Positions 47,290-55,923 of a stretch of DNA of 64,000 bases are shown here, in pieces. The number at the start of each line of letters is the position of its first letter. The first letter of the stretch is position 1. The notes beneath the pieces are model-generated. The model worked only from the letters and a program-made list of their open reading frames with translations. It was not told the DNA's origin and did not search any database. The position numbers were made by a program, and so were the translations under genes. Source of the DNA: Eubacteriales bacterium. GTDB taxonomy: Bacteria; Bacillota; Clostridia; Oscillospirales; CAG-272. The stretch spans positions 16,379 to 80,378 of the forward strand of contig JAXFQY010000104.1 of the NCBI GenBank assembly GCA_034178705.1, given 5' to 3'.

Positions 47290-48351
47290 TTATTTGGAAA
47301 TAATGCGGGCGGTGTTGTAGAGCTTTTTCATCTTTTGTTCCTTGCGACTGATAAGGGAATAGACCGTTTCCAATTCCTCGCGGGAGAGTCCATCCAGCTC
47401 ATTTTCTTTTGCCGTCTTTTTATAAAGACGGTCAATTTTTTGCGCAAGGCAGATGTCCATCGGAATCACAGCGTCATCGCGTTCGCACATGACCAGATTG
47501 CTCTTCCCCTCGAGCATCAGTTCGACGGCTGCCGCTCCCATCTCAGCGCCGAGCAGACGGTCGCGCAGCGTCGGGGAGCCTCCGCGTACAACATGACCGA
47601 GGCAGGCAAAGCGTGTTTCGATTCCGGTCTTTTCGGGAATGACCTCGGCAAGGTGCTGGCCGTAGCCGGGAAGTCCCTCGCTGACCATAATGATGAAGTG
47701 GCGCTTGCCGTTGCGGCGGCTTTCCACCATGTCCTGCAGCAGATGCTCCTCATCAAACGGGATTTCCGGAATGACGATGGCGGAGGCCCCGGTTGCGATG
47801 CCGGTGTGAAGGGCGATGTGACCGGCGTTGCGCCCCATCACCTCAACAACGTTGCAGCGGGCGTGACTCTCGCAGGTATCGCGGAGACGGTCCACCATTT
47901 CGACGATCGTGTTGCAGGCGGTGTCAAAGCCGATGGTATAGTCGGTACAGGTGATATCGTTGTCAATCGTTCCGGGAAGACCGATGCAGGGAACTCCGTG
48001 AAGCGTGAGATCGGTAGCACCGCGGAAGGTTCCGTCGCCGCCGATCGCGATAATGCCGTCAATCTGATGGTCGCGGCAGGTTTTCAGCGCTTTTTCCAGT
48101 CCCTCCGGCGTTGCAAACTCCATGCAGCGGTCGCTGTACAGGATGGTACCGCCGTGATTGATGATATTGGAAACATCGCGCGGCTGGAAGTCTTTGAGAT
48201 CCCCCTCCAGAAGTCCGCGATAGCCGCGATAGATGCCTACAACTTCAATTCCGTTGTTGAGGGCAGTACGGGCAATTGCACGGATTGCGGCATTCATGCC
48301 GGGCGCGTCGCCGCCTGAAGTAAGCACGCCGATTTTCTTGATTTCTTTCAT
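47290..48351 (-). CDS. pfkA: ATP-dependent 6-phosphofructokinase
   Basis: IGVLTSGGDAPGMNAAIR, GGDGT and PGTIDNDI motifs. Confidence 0.97.
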   Translation of the reverse strand: MKEIKKIGVLTSGGDAPGMNAAIRAIARTALNNGIEVVGIYRGYRGLLEGDLKDFQPRDVSNIINHGGTILYSDRCMEFATPEGLEKALKTCRDHQIDGIIAIGGDGTFRGATDLTLHGVPCIGLPGTIDNDITCTDYTIGFDTACNTIVEMVDRLRDTCESHARCNVVEVMGRNAGHIALHTGIATGASAIVIPEIPFDEEHLLQDMVESRRNGKRHFIIMVSEGLPGYGQHLAEVIPEKTGIETRFACLGHVVRGGSPTLRDRLLGAEMGAAAVELMLEGKSNLVMCERDDAVIPMDICLAQKIDRLYKKTAKENELDGLSREELETVYSLISRKEQKMKKLYNTARIISK

Positions 48352-48407
48352 CTTTCCTCCAAATAATCGGACGGCAGTCCGATATTCTGTAAAAAATTAC
48401 TGATTTT

Positions 48408-48914
48408 TTATATTATAACTCTTTTGAACGGTAATTTGCAAGTATTCTCAAGCATTATTTTCAAAGCTTCTTCAACTGCCCGGGTTCGTACTCCGGTACG
48501 GTCGGTCCCGGTGAGATGAAAAACTGCGGCCTCCTCACCTTTTTCCGAGGAAAATCCGATCCAGACGGTACCGACGGGCTTTTCCGATGTGCCGCCGCCC
48601 GGGCCTGCAATTCCGGTTGTGGAAAGAGCGGCATCTGCTCCGAATCGCAGCCGCGCTCCCCGTGCCATTTCACATGCTGTTTCTCGGGAAACGGCACCGA
48701 AACGGGCGAGCGTTTCGGGGGATACGCCAAGAAGAGCGGTTTTGGCGCTGTTCGCGTAGGAAACAACACCGCCGAGAAAAATTTCCGAGGCACCGGGTAC
48801 GGAGACAATCCGGGAGGCAAGCATACCGCCCGTGCAGGATTCTGCGCAGGCAAGCGTGAGATGTTTTTCGGCAAGGAGTTTGACCAGCACCTCTTCCGGT
48901 GCGCGCACTTCCAT
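48408..48914 (-). CDS. pncC: CinA C-terminal-domain protein (nicotinamide-nucleotide amidohydrolase PncC-like)
   Basis: LTLACAESCTGGMLASRIVSVPGASEIF.GGVVSYAN and STTGIAGPGGG motifs. ATG 48914 lies 1 nt after the glyA stop codon (TGAcATG). Confidence 0.88.
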   Translation of the reverse strand: MEVRAPEEVLVKLLAEKHLTLACAESCTGGMLASRIVSVPGASEIFLGGVVSYANSAKTALLGVSPETLARFGAVSRETACEMARGARLRFGADAALSTTGIAGPGGGTSEKPVGTVWIGFSSEKGEEAAVFHLTGTDRTGVRTRAVEEALKIMLENTCKLPFKRVII

Positions 48915-48915
48915 G

Positions 48916-50160
48916 TCAGTCAAAGAGCGGATATCTGCGGCAGATTTCGGTGACCTCCGCACGGCAGTAATCCGCACTGTTTTCAAAATCAAAGGCAGTG
49001 AGTTTGATCAGATGCGCAATGGTTTTCATGTCGTCGGTGCCGAGACCGCGGGTGGTAACGGCGGGGGTACCGAGACGGATACCGCTTGTCTGGAAGGGAG
49101 AACGGTTATCGCCCGGGACGGCGTTTTTGTTTACCGTGATATAGACCTCATCCAGTCGGTGCTCCAGTTCCTTCCCCGTCAGCTCCTCTCCGCGCAGATC
49201 AATCAGCATCAGGTGATTGTCGGTACCGCCGGAAACCAGACGGAAGCCTTCTGCCTTCAGCGCATCGGCGAGAGCATGCGCGTTGTCGATTACCCGTTGC
49301 TGGTATTCCTTGAATTCCGGCTTCAGCGCTTCCCCAAAGCAGACAGCCTTGGCGGCGATGATATGCTCAAGCGGACCGCCCTGCGTTCCCGGAAAGATTG
49401 CCTGGTCAATGGTTTTGGCCAGCTCCTCCCGGCAGAGAATCATACCGCCGCGCGGCCCCCGCAGGGTTTTGTGTGTCGTTGTTGTGACAACGTCGGCATA
49501 CGGAACGGGAGACGGGTGAAGCCCTGCTGCGACCAGTCCTGCGATATGTGCCATATCAACCATCAGTCGGGCACCGACGGAGTGGGCAATTTCCGCAATA
49601 CGGGGAAAATCGATCACGCGCGGATAGGCAGAGGCCCCCGCAACGATCAGCTTCGGGCGATGCTCCCGGGCGAGCCGCTCCAGGGCATCGTAATCAATAA
49701 GATGGGTTTCGGGATTCAGTCCGTAGGGGACAAAATGATAGGTCTTGCCGGAGAAGTTTACCGGACTTCCGTGGGTCAGGTGCCCGCCCTCTGCGAGGCT
49801 CATTCCCATGACGGTATCGCCGGGATTCAGGAGGGCAACATAGACGGCGGTGTTTGCCTGCGCGCCGCTGTGCGGCTGCACATTGGCGTGTTCGGCACCG
49901 AACAGACGGCAGGCGCGTGTGCGTGCAAGCTCCTCAACGACGTCGATACATTCGCAGCCGCCGTAGTAACGGTGTCCGGGGTAGCCCTCTGCATATTTGT
50001 TTGTGAGAATGGAACCTGCAGCCAGCAGGACGGCATCGCTTACAACATTTTCCGATGCAATCAGCTCAAGTCCCCGCCGGGCGCGGCAGAGCTCGGACAG
50101 TACAGCGTCTCCGACTTCCGGATCGAGAGCGCGGAGCGCATTGATGCTTTCTGTAATCAT
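48916..50160 (-). CDS. glyA: serine hydroxymethyltransferase
   Basis: [26 protein letters not shown] and [14 protein letters not shown] (PLP lysine) motifs. ATG 50160 follows AAAGGAG. The track start at 50253 adds a spurious extension. Confidence 0.97.
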   Translation of the reverse strand: MITESINALRALDPEVGDAVLSELCRARRGLELIASENVVSDAVLLAAGSILTNKYAEGYPGHRYYGGCECIDVVEELARTRACRLFGAEHANVQPHSGAQANTAVYVALLNPGDTVMGMSLAEGGHLTHGSPVNFSGKTYHFVPYGLNPETHLIDYDALERLAREHRPKLIVAGASAYPRVIDFPRIAEIAHSVGARLMVDMAHIAGLVAAGLHPSPVPYADVVTTTTHKTLRGPRGGMILCREELAKTIDQAIFPGTQGGPLEHIIAAKAVCFGEALKPEFKEYQQRVIDNAHALADALKAEGFRLVSGGTDNHLMLIDLRGEELTGKELEHRLDEVYITVNKNAVPGDNRSPFQTSGIRLGTPAVTTRGLGTDDMKTIAHLIKLTAFDFENSADYCRAEVTEICRRYPLFD

Positions 50161-50211
50161 GGGAATACTCCTTTCGGAACCTTGGGATGAAGACTGAATA
50201 AAATTGAATAT

Positions 50212-50240
50212 ATTATATCGTTGTTCCTGTAAAAATACAA
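50212..50240 (-). promoter_or_regulatory. SigA-type promoter for glyA
   Basis: On the minus strand: TTGTAT, 17-nt spacer, TATAAT, about 45 nt upstream of the glyA ATG. Confidence 0.5.
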
Positions 50241-50340
50241 GAAGAAAATGCAAAGTGCGGACAAAAATTCCATAATCATTGCCTGTCCGGTGATTTCGGC
50301 AAAACTACTGTATATATAGTAAGAATATTTTTAATTATTA

Positions 50341-50370
50341 TTGACACCGCGCAAAAATAAATGTTATAAT
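50341..50370 (+). promoter_or_regulatory. SigA-type promoter for the MinD-like/MGS-like pair
   Basis: TTGACA (50341-50346), 18-nt spacer, TATAAT (50365-50370). Confidence 0.55.
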
Positions 50371-50405
50371 ACTATGGAATATGCAGGTGCGGTGACGGAG
50401 GACCC

Positions 50406-51215
50406 ATGGAAGAGACCAAACGCATACTTGTGACGTCCTGCAAGGGCGGTGTCGGAAAGTCGACCGTGGCAGCCAATCTGTCCGGCGCTCTCGCGCGGCG
50501 CGGCAGAAAGGTTCTGCTGGTGGATATGGATCTCGGCAATCGCAGTCTGGACATTATGCTCGGGATGGAAGACAATGCCCTTTTCGATATTTCCGATGTT
50601 GCGGAGCACCGCGCGGAGGCCGCGCGTGCTGTCCTTAGAAGTGAGCAACGACCCGGTCTTGCCTTCTGTGCCGCTCCGTATCTGTATGACGGTAAAATGA
50701 CGGAAGAGAATTTCGGCGAGGCTCTTTCCGCGCTTGAAGCGGAGGTCGAGCCGGACTTTACCGTTCTGGATACCTCCGGCGGAGCAGATTGCTCCGTCCT
50801 TCTGTGCGCTTCCGCAGCACAAAGCGCTCTGATTGTTACAACGCCGGCACCGGCGGCGGTTCGCGCGGCGGAAAAGTCCGGAGAACTGCTTACCGATGCA
50901 GGGGTTACTGATCTTATGCTGATTGTCAGCGGGATGGAACCCGATTGGCGCTCAGCGGGAGAGCATTACGGTGTGAATGAAATGATCGACCGGACGGCTG
51001 TGCGGATTGTCGGAATCGTACCGCGAGATGCCCGGCTTGCGCTTCTTTCGGAGCGCGGAAAGCTTTGCGGGGAGGATCGGAAGCTCCGCTCCTGTGCAGA
51101 GCGCGCCTTTGAGAATATCGCTGACAGGCTTTGCGGGGAATCGGTTCCGCTGCTTGCCGGTGTCCGGGGTGTAAGAAACAGAAAAAAACTGCTTCTTGCG
51201 GGTTTCCGCGGATAA
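50406..51215 (+). CDS. MinD/ParA-family P-loop ATPase (orphan, no minC or minE)
   Basis: Deviant Walker A with signature lysine, SCKGGVGKST. The C-terminal RNRKKLLLAGFRG resembles the MinD amphipathic membrane-targeting tail. Confidence 0.85.
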   Translation: MEETKRILVTSCKGGVGKSTVAANLSGALARRGRKVLLVDMDLGNRSLDIMLGMEDNALFDISDVAEHRAEAARAVLRSEQRPGLAFCAAPYLYDGKMTEENFGEALSALEAEVEPDFTVLDTSGGADCSVLLCASAAQSALIVTTPAPAAVRAAEKSGELLTDAGVTDLMLIVSGMEPDWRSAGEHYGVNEMIDRTAVRIVGIVPRDARLALLSERGKLCGEDRKLRSCAERAFENIADRLCGESVPLLAGVRGVRNRKKLLLAGFRG

Positions 51216-51242
51216 AGAATCAGGAAAGGATACGGGGACAAA

Positions 51243-51680
51243 ATGGAAATCGCAATTATTGCCAGTGACTCTAAAAAAGAATTAATGACGCAGTTCTGTA
51301 TTGCGTACTGCGGAATTCTCAGCAAGCATCACCTTTGTGCAACCCTGAAAACAGGAAACTATATCGAAGAAGCAACCGGACTGAAGATTGAAAAACTGCT
51401 TTCCGGACCTCATGGCGGGGAACAACAGATCGCCTCCCGCATCTCCTATAATGAAATTGACATTCTGCTTTATTTCCGCAGTACCACCCCCAAGGCGGAG
51501 TTCGATGAGGCTGAGTATCAGTTGCTGCGTCTTTGCGATGTGCATAATATTCCGATGGCAACCAATATTGCTACTGCCGAGGTTTTGATCTGCGCACTCC
51601 AGCGCGGAGACCTTGACTGGCGGGAAATTGTAAACCCGCGCTCGGACTACAATCTGCGCCGCCGCAGAATGATGAAATAA
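51243..51680 (+). CDS. methylglyoxal synthase-like (MGS-fold) protein with substituted catalytic residues
   Basis: Collinear with MgsA (IAIIASDSKK..., SGPHGGEQQIA, NIPMATNIATAE). Positions that align by eye to E. coli His19, Asp71, His98 and Asp101 read Ser, Glu, Phe and Ala. TGTTG is replaced by TLKTG. Confidence 0.8.
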   Translation: MEIAIIASDSKKELMTQFCIAYCGILSKHHLCATLKTGNYIEEATGLKIEKLLSGPHGGEQQIASRISYNEIDILLYFRSTTPKAEFDEAEYQLLRLCDVHNIPMATNIATAEVLICALQRGDLDWREIVNPRSDYNLRRRRMMK

Positions 51681-51725
51681 AGTCGGTTTTCTTGGGCCTC
51701 TGCCGCTGTTTTCCGCGGCAGAGGC

Positions 51726-51754
51726 TTGACAATTTCCGCAATTTGTTGTATAAT
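51726..51754 (+). promoter_or_regulatory. SigA-type promoter of the T-box operon
   Basis: Perfect TTGACA (51726-51731), 17-nt spacer, perfect TATAAT (51749-51754). It directly follows the hairpin GCCTCTGCCGC / GCGGCAGAGGC that ends the MGS-like gene. Confidence 0.7.
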
Positions 51755-51760
51755 GTCTGA

Positions 51761-51972
51761 AACGGTAAGGGACACGCCCTTCCGACACCGCCGTACAGAG
51801 AGGGGGACCCCGGCTGAAAATCCTCCCGGCAGGACAGAAACGGTACCGCCCGTATCACGGTGATAGTCCGTCTTTTGAATAAAACCGAAGGAGTGAAAAA
51901 CTCGGGTGGAACCGTACGGTACGCCGTACCCCGAAGGCAGAGACGCCTTCGGGATTTTTGTTTTTTGGGAGA
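51761..51972 (+). promoter_or_regulatory. T-box leader, probable threonine specifier
   Basis: AGAGAG box, distal GGCTGAAAA, T-box sequence AAACTCGGGTGGAACCGTACGG (51898-51919), and terminator CCCGAAGGC / GCCTTCGGG followed by ATTTTTGTTTTTT. The basal helix CGGTA/TACCG places GAA-ACG-G (ACG at 51840-51842) at the 3' end of the specifier loop. Confidence 0.85.
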
Positions 51973-51975
51973 ATT

Positions 51976-53181
51976 ATGGACGGAATGAAGAAAAGCACCG
52001 TTGTGCTCCGGCGGTGCGAAACCTATGAAAAGGCGGATGTCGGTGCTGCGGTGTCCGACTGTATCGATGCGCTTGGCGGAGCGGATGTTCTTTTCCCGGA
52101 CAAGGGGGCGCGCATCCTGATCAAACCGAATCTGCTGACCCGGGCTGCTCCCGAAAAGGCGGTGACCACTCATCCGTCCGTGTTTGGGGCTGTCTGCCGG
52201 TATCTGCGGGAGGCCGGGTGCACGGAGCTCTCTTACGGAGATTCCCCCGGGACCCACTTTGCCGGTGTGAAGAATACGGCTGAGGCGTGCGGCATTGCCG
52301 CAGAGGCGGAGCAATGCGGTGTTTCTCTCGGTGATTTTGAAGGCGGAGAGGAAACGCCTTTTCCCGACGGCATTACTGCGAAAAGCTTTGTAATCACGCA
52401 TGCGGCACTGTCCTGTGACCGGATTGTCAATGTCTGCAAGTTGAAAACCCATATGCTTGAGCGGATGACGGGAGCCCAGAAAAATCTATTCGGTATTGTT
52501 TACGGCTTCAATAAGGGTGCGACTCACGTCAAGTATCCGAACTCGGTGGAGTTTGCCCGAGCACTTGCGGATCTTAACCGTTTCCGACCGCCCGTACTGC
52601 ATATTATGGATGCTGTGGTTGCCATGGAGGGAAACGGTCCCTCCGGCGGAGTCCCGCGGGATATGGGCTGGATTCTTGCTTCAACCGACCCGGTTGCACT
52701 GGATACCGTTGCCTGTACTTTGATTTCGCTCGATCCCGCGTTGGTTCCTACCAATGAAATCGGGGCAGAGTACGGGGTCGGACATACAGCCTCGGAGAAA
52801 ATCGAGGTGTTGCTTCTCGACGGAGCACACAGGGAGACACTTACTCTTGCTGAGGTGGCAGAACGGTACTCCGTTCCGGATTTCGACGTTTATCGCGGCA
52901 GTCAGGATAAGGGCGAGATCAAACAGCTGAAACCCTTCCGGAGATTCCTGGATAAGCGCCCGGTAATCAATGCCGAAAAGTGTGTCGGCTGCGGTGTCTG
53001 CGTCGAAAGCTGCCCCCAGAAGCCGAAGGCAGTTGCTTTCCCGAAAGGGAAAAAAGTCCCCCGCTATAATTACCGCCTGTGCATCAAGTGCTTCTGCTGT
53101 CAGGAAATGTGCCCGCGGCATGCGATTTCCGCGCAAACGCCGCGGCTTGCCCGTTTGATTGACCGCAACTGGAAACTATAA
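51976..53181 (+). CDS. DUF362 domain protein with a C-terminal 2x[4Fe-4S] ferredoxin domain
   Basis: DUF362 hallmarks ILIKPNLL, CKLKTHMLERMTGAQKNLFG and AMEGNGPSGG. Cys clusters CVGCGVCVESCP and CIKCFCCQEMCP. ATG 51976 follows GGGAG and lies just after the T-box terminator. Confidence 0.85.
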   Translation: MDGMKKSTVVLRRCETYEKADVGAAVSDCIDALGGADVLFPDKGARILIKPNLLTRAAPEKAVTTHPSVFGAVCRYLREAGCTELSYGDSPGTHFAGVKNTAEACGIAAEAEQCGVSLGDFEGGEETPFPDGITAKSFVITHAALSCDRIVNVCKLKTHMLERMTGAQKNLFGIVYGFNKGATHVKYPNSVEFARALADLNRFRPPVLHIMDAVVAMEGNGPSGGVPRDMGWILASTDPVALDTVACTLISLDPALVPTNEIGAEYGVGHTASEKIEVLLLDGAHRETLTLAEVAERYSVPDFDVYRGSQDKGEIKQLKPFRRFLDKRPVINAEKCVGCGVCVESCPQKPKAVAFPKGKKVPRYNYRLCIKCFCCQEMCPRHAISAQTPRLARLIDRNWKL

Positions 53182-53219
53182 CGATTAAATAGAATTGAAA
53201 GCATAGAAAGGAAAACAGT

Positions 53220-55118
53220 ATGTTGACTATCAGATTTGCCGGAAACGCAGTAAGCGTTCCCGAAAACAGCACGGTTTATGAGGCGGCGAGTGCTGCGGGT
53301 GTTATGACCCGTGAGGTTCTTTCCGCGGGCATCGGAGGGGAGATCGTGGATCTTACCCATCCGCTGACGGAGGACTGCGACGTTAAGCTGTATACCTTCG
53401 AGGACGCGGAGGGCAAAAAAACCTTCTGGCATACCGCGTCTCACATTCTTGCGCAGGCGGTCAAGCGCGTTTTCCCGGAGATCAAGCTGACGATCGGACC
53501 GGCAATTGACAACGGCTTCTACTACGATTTTGACACGCCGTCTCCTCTGACCCCGGACGACCTTGCGAAAATTGAAGCGGAAATGGCGAAAATCGTCAAG
53601 GAGAATCTCCGGATTGAGCGCTTCACGCTGCCGCGTGAGCAGGCAAATGCGCTTATGGAGGAAAAAGAAGAGCCGTGGAAGGTCCTGCTGATCCGCCGCG
53701 TTCCCGAAGGGGAGGACATCTCCTTCTACCGGCAGGGTGAGTTTGTCGATTTGTGTGCGGGGCCGCACCTCTTTTCCACCGGGGCGGTAAAGGCATTTAA
53801 GTTGCTTCAGTGCACCGGTGCCTATTGGGAGGGCGATGCCAAGAACAAAATGCTTCAGCGGGTTTACGGTATTGCATTCCCGAAAAAAGCGGAGCTTGAG
53901 GAATATCTGAAGCGCATGGAGGAAGCTAAGCTTCGTGACCATCGCAAGCTCGGACGCGAGCTGGATCTGTTCGATATTTATGACGAAGGACCCGGTTTCC
54001 CGTTCTTCCTGCCGAAGGGAATGGTGCTACGCAATCTTTTGGAAGACTACTGGCGTTCCGAGCACGCAAAACGCGGCTATCAGGAGATCAAAACTCCGAT
54101 TCTCCTGAATGAGGAGCTGTGGCATCGCAGCGGTCACTGGGATCACTATAAGGACAACATGTACACGACGAAAATCGACGATGCCGATTTCGCACTGAAG
54201 CCGATGAACTGCCCGGGCGGCATGCTCGTCTATAAGCGCAGGATCCATTCCTACCGCGATCTTCCGCAGCGCATGGCGGAGCTGGGGCTTGTCCATCGGC
54301 ACGAGCTTTCCGGAACGCTGCACGGGTTGATGCGCGTCCGCTGCTTCACACAGGATGATGCCCATATTTTCATGACCCCCGATCAGATCGAAAGCGAGAT
54401 TTTCGGTGTTATGGAGCTGATTGACAGCTTCTATAATACCTTTGGCTTCAAGTATAAGATGGAGCTTTCCACTCGTCCGGAGAACTCAATGGGAAGCGAT
54501 GAGGATTGGGAGACGGCGACTTCCGCGTTGCGCCGCGCACTTGACAAAACCGGAAAGCCCTATGTCATCAACGAGGGGGACGGCGCATTCTACGGTCCGA
54601 AGATCGACTTTCACCTTGAGGACAGCATCGGGAGAACCTGGCAGTGCGGGACCATTCAGCTGGACTTCCAGATGCCGGAGCGCTTCGATCTCTCCTACAT
54701 CGGAAAGGATAATGAACGGCATCGCCCGGTTATGATCCATCGTGTTGTCTTCGGCTCAATTGAGCGTTTCATCGCCATTATTACCGAGCATTTCGCAGGC
54801 GCGTTTCCGGCATGGCTGGCTCCGGTTCAGGTCCGCGTCATGCCTGTCGTTGATGCCGCAGGCGATTATGCACAGAGAATTATCGACCGTCTGACTGAGG
54901 CGGGCTTCCGTGTGGATTCCGATTTCCGTAATGAGAAAATCGGCTATAAAATCCGCGAAGCGCAGCTTCAGAAGCTTCCCTATATGCTCGTCGTCGGGGA
55001 AAAGGAGGCGGCGGCCAATACCGTTTCTGTCCGCAACCGAAAGGGAGAGAATGCCACGATGACGCTGGATGAATTCATCGCCCGCCTGACCGAAGAGGTC
55101 GCAACTAAGGCACGGTAA
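53220..55118 (+). CDS. thrS: threonine--tRNA ligase
   Basis: TGS N-terminus, editing domain (FWHTASHILAQAV), class II motifs (HRHELSGTLHGLMRVRCFTQDDAHIF, GTIQLDF) and a C-terminal anticodon-binding domain. Only 38 nt separate it from the DUF362 gene. Confidence 0.97.
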   Translation: MLTIRFAGNAVSVPENSTVYEAASAAGVMTREVLSAGIGGEIVDLTHPLTEDCDVKLYTFEDAEGKKTFWHTASHILAQAVKRVFPEIKLTIGPAIDNGFYYDFDTPSPLTPDDLAKIEAEMAKIVKENLRIERFTLPREQANALMEEKEEPWKVLLIRRVPEGEDISFYRQGEFVDLCAGPHLFSTGAVKAFKLLQCTGAYWEGDAKNKMLQRVYGIAFPKKAELEEYLKRMEEAKLRDHRKLGRELDLFDIYDEGPGFPFFLPKGMVLRNLLEDYWRSEHAKRGYQEIKTPILLNEELWHRSGHWDHYKDNMYTTKIDDADFALKPMNCPGGMLVYKRRIHSYRDLPQRMAELGLVHRHELSGTLHGLMRVRCFTQDDAHIFMTPDQIESEIFGVMELIDSFYNTFGFKYKMELSTRPENSMGSDEDWETATSALRRALDKTGKPYVINEGDGAFYGPKIDFHLEDSIGRTWQCGTIQLDFQMPERFDLSYIGKDNERHRPVMIHRVVFGSIERFIAIITEHFAGAFPAWLAPVQVRVMPVVDAAGDYAQRIIDRLTEAGFRVDSDFRNEKIGYKIREAQLQKLPYMLVVGEKEAAANTVSVRNRKGENATMTLDEFIARLTEEVATKAR

Positions 55119-55372
55119 CCCTGCGCTTTTCCGGAAAGAGAAGCTCACGGGGAGACTTTTTGCATGGATTCCGGGCTTCCTTCGAATACCCTCGGACCCC
55201 GCCGGTCGAATGGCCGGCGGGGTCTGTTATCCGCAGAAGGATGATTGTGCTTTCCTGCTCAGGGCTGGAGAAGCATTCGGGATTGCGTTTTGGGGTGTTG
55301 ATACGGATGATGAGCTTTTTTGCTTTCTGCCTTAAGCGAGTTTCCTTTCCGTATCAATAGAAGATCAGATAT

Positions 55373-55405
55373 AAAAAGGGCTGTCCCATGAGACAGCCCT
55401 TTTTT
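55373..55405. terminator. bidirectional intrinsic terminator
   Basis: Stem AGGGCTGTC / GACAGCCCT, with AAAAA on the 5' side and TTTTTT on the 3' side. It lies immediately downstream of the minus-strand Cys-rich gene. Confidence 0.85.
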
Positions 55406-55420
55406 GACCTTGTTTTGGTG

Positions 55421-55717
55421 TCAGGCGTTTTCGGCGTTATTTTCAGGCGCGCCCTCGGGGGCGGCATCGTTCGGAAAGCCGCATTCGCACGGACCCTCAT
55501 CGGGTACGTCAGAGCCGCTTTCCCCGCATTCGCAGGATTCGCCGCAGCAACAGTCCTTTTCTGACTTTTTCGCTGCCAGCTTGGCGCGCGTTTTCTCAAG
55601 AATCGTTTTGATGGCTACGCTGACGGCACAAGCAGCAACAATCGCGCCGATAATAATCAAGACGGTCTTGAGAATATCGCATTTGGAATCGTTTTTGCAG
55701 TTGAATTTCCGACACAT
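55421..55717 (-). CDS. small Cys-rich single-pass membrane protein (98 aa)
   Basis: ATG 55717 follows GGAAAGGGTGG. Sequence MCRKFNCKNDSKCD, then a TM helix (ILKTVLIIIGAIVAACAVSVAI), then a basic linker, then CCCGESCECGESGSDVPDEGPCECG and an acidic tail. It has its own terminator. Confidence 0.65.
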   Translation of the reverse strand: MCRKFNCKNDSKCDILKTVLIIIGAIVAACAVSVAIKTILEKTRAKLAAKKSEKDCCCGESCECGESGSDVPDEGPCECGFPNDAAPEGAPENNAENA

Positions 55718-55829
55718 AATAAGAACCACCCTTTCCTGTTTCTCTTTCTCTTATATTGTATCCATTCATGTCTAAAAATGCAAGTCTCAAAGAAGTTTTT
55801 TTGTGAAGAACTTTTCGGGGATGCAATGC

Positions 55830-55858
55830 TTGATTTTCCGCACGGGGCATTGTATAAT
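55830..55858 (+). promoter_or_regulatory. SigA-type promoter for the pfkB-family kinase operon
   Basis: TTGATT (55830-55835), 17-nt spacer, TATAAT (55853-55858). Confidence 0.55.
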
Positions 55859-55923
55859 ATACTAAATAATAGGTGTATTATAGGCAGCGCACAGTCGTAA
55901 GCATCGGAACGGAGGAAAAACGG

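Noticed and set aside
47131-50190. 395-aa (47131-48318) and 452-aa (48832-50190) plus-strand ORFs
   Set aside because: They are antisense to pfkA and glyA, both of which are unmistakable on the minus strand.
50161-50340. Looked for a ZTP (pfl) riboswitch or T-box upstream of glyA
   Set aside because: The leader is only about 45 nt after a TTGTAT-17-TATAAT promoter. No ACTGGCG or CCGCCTGG cores are present.
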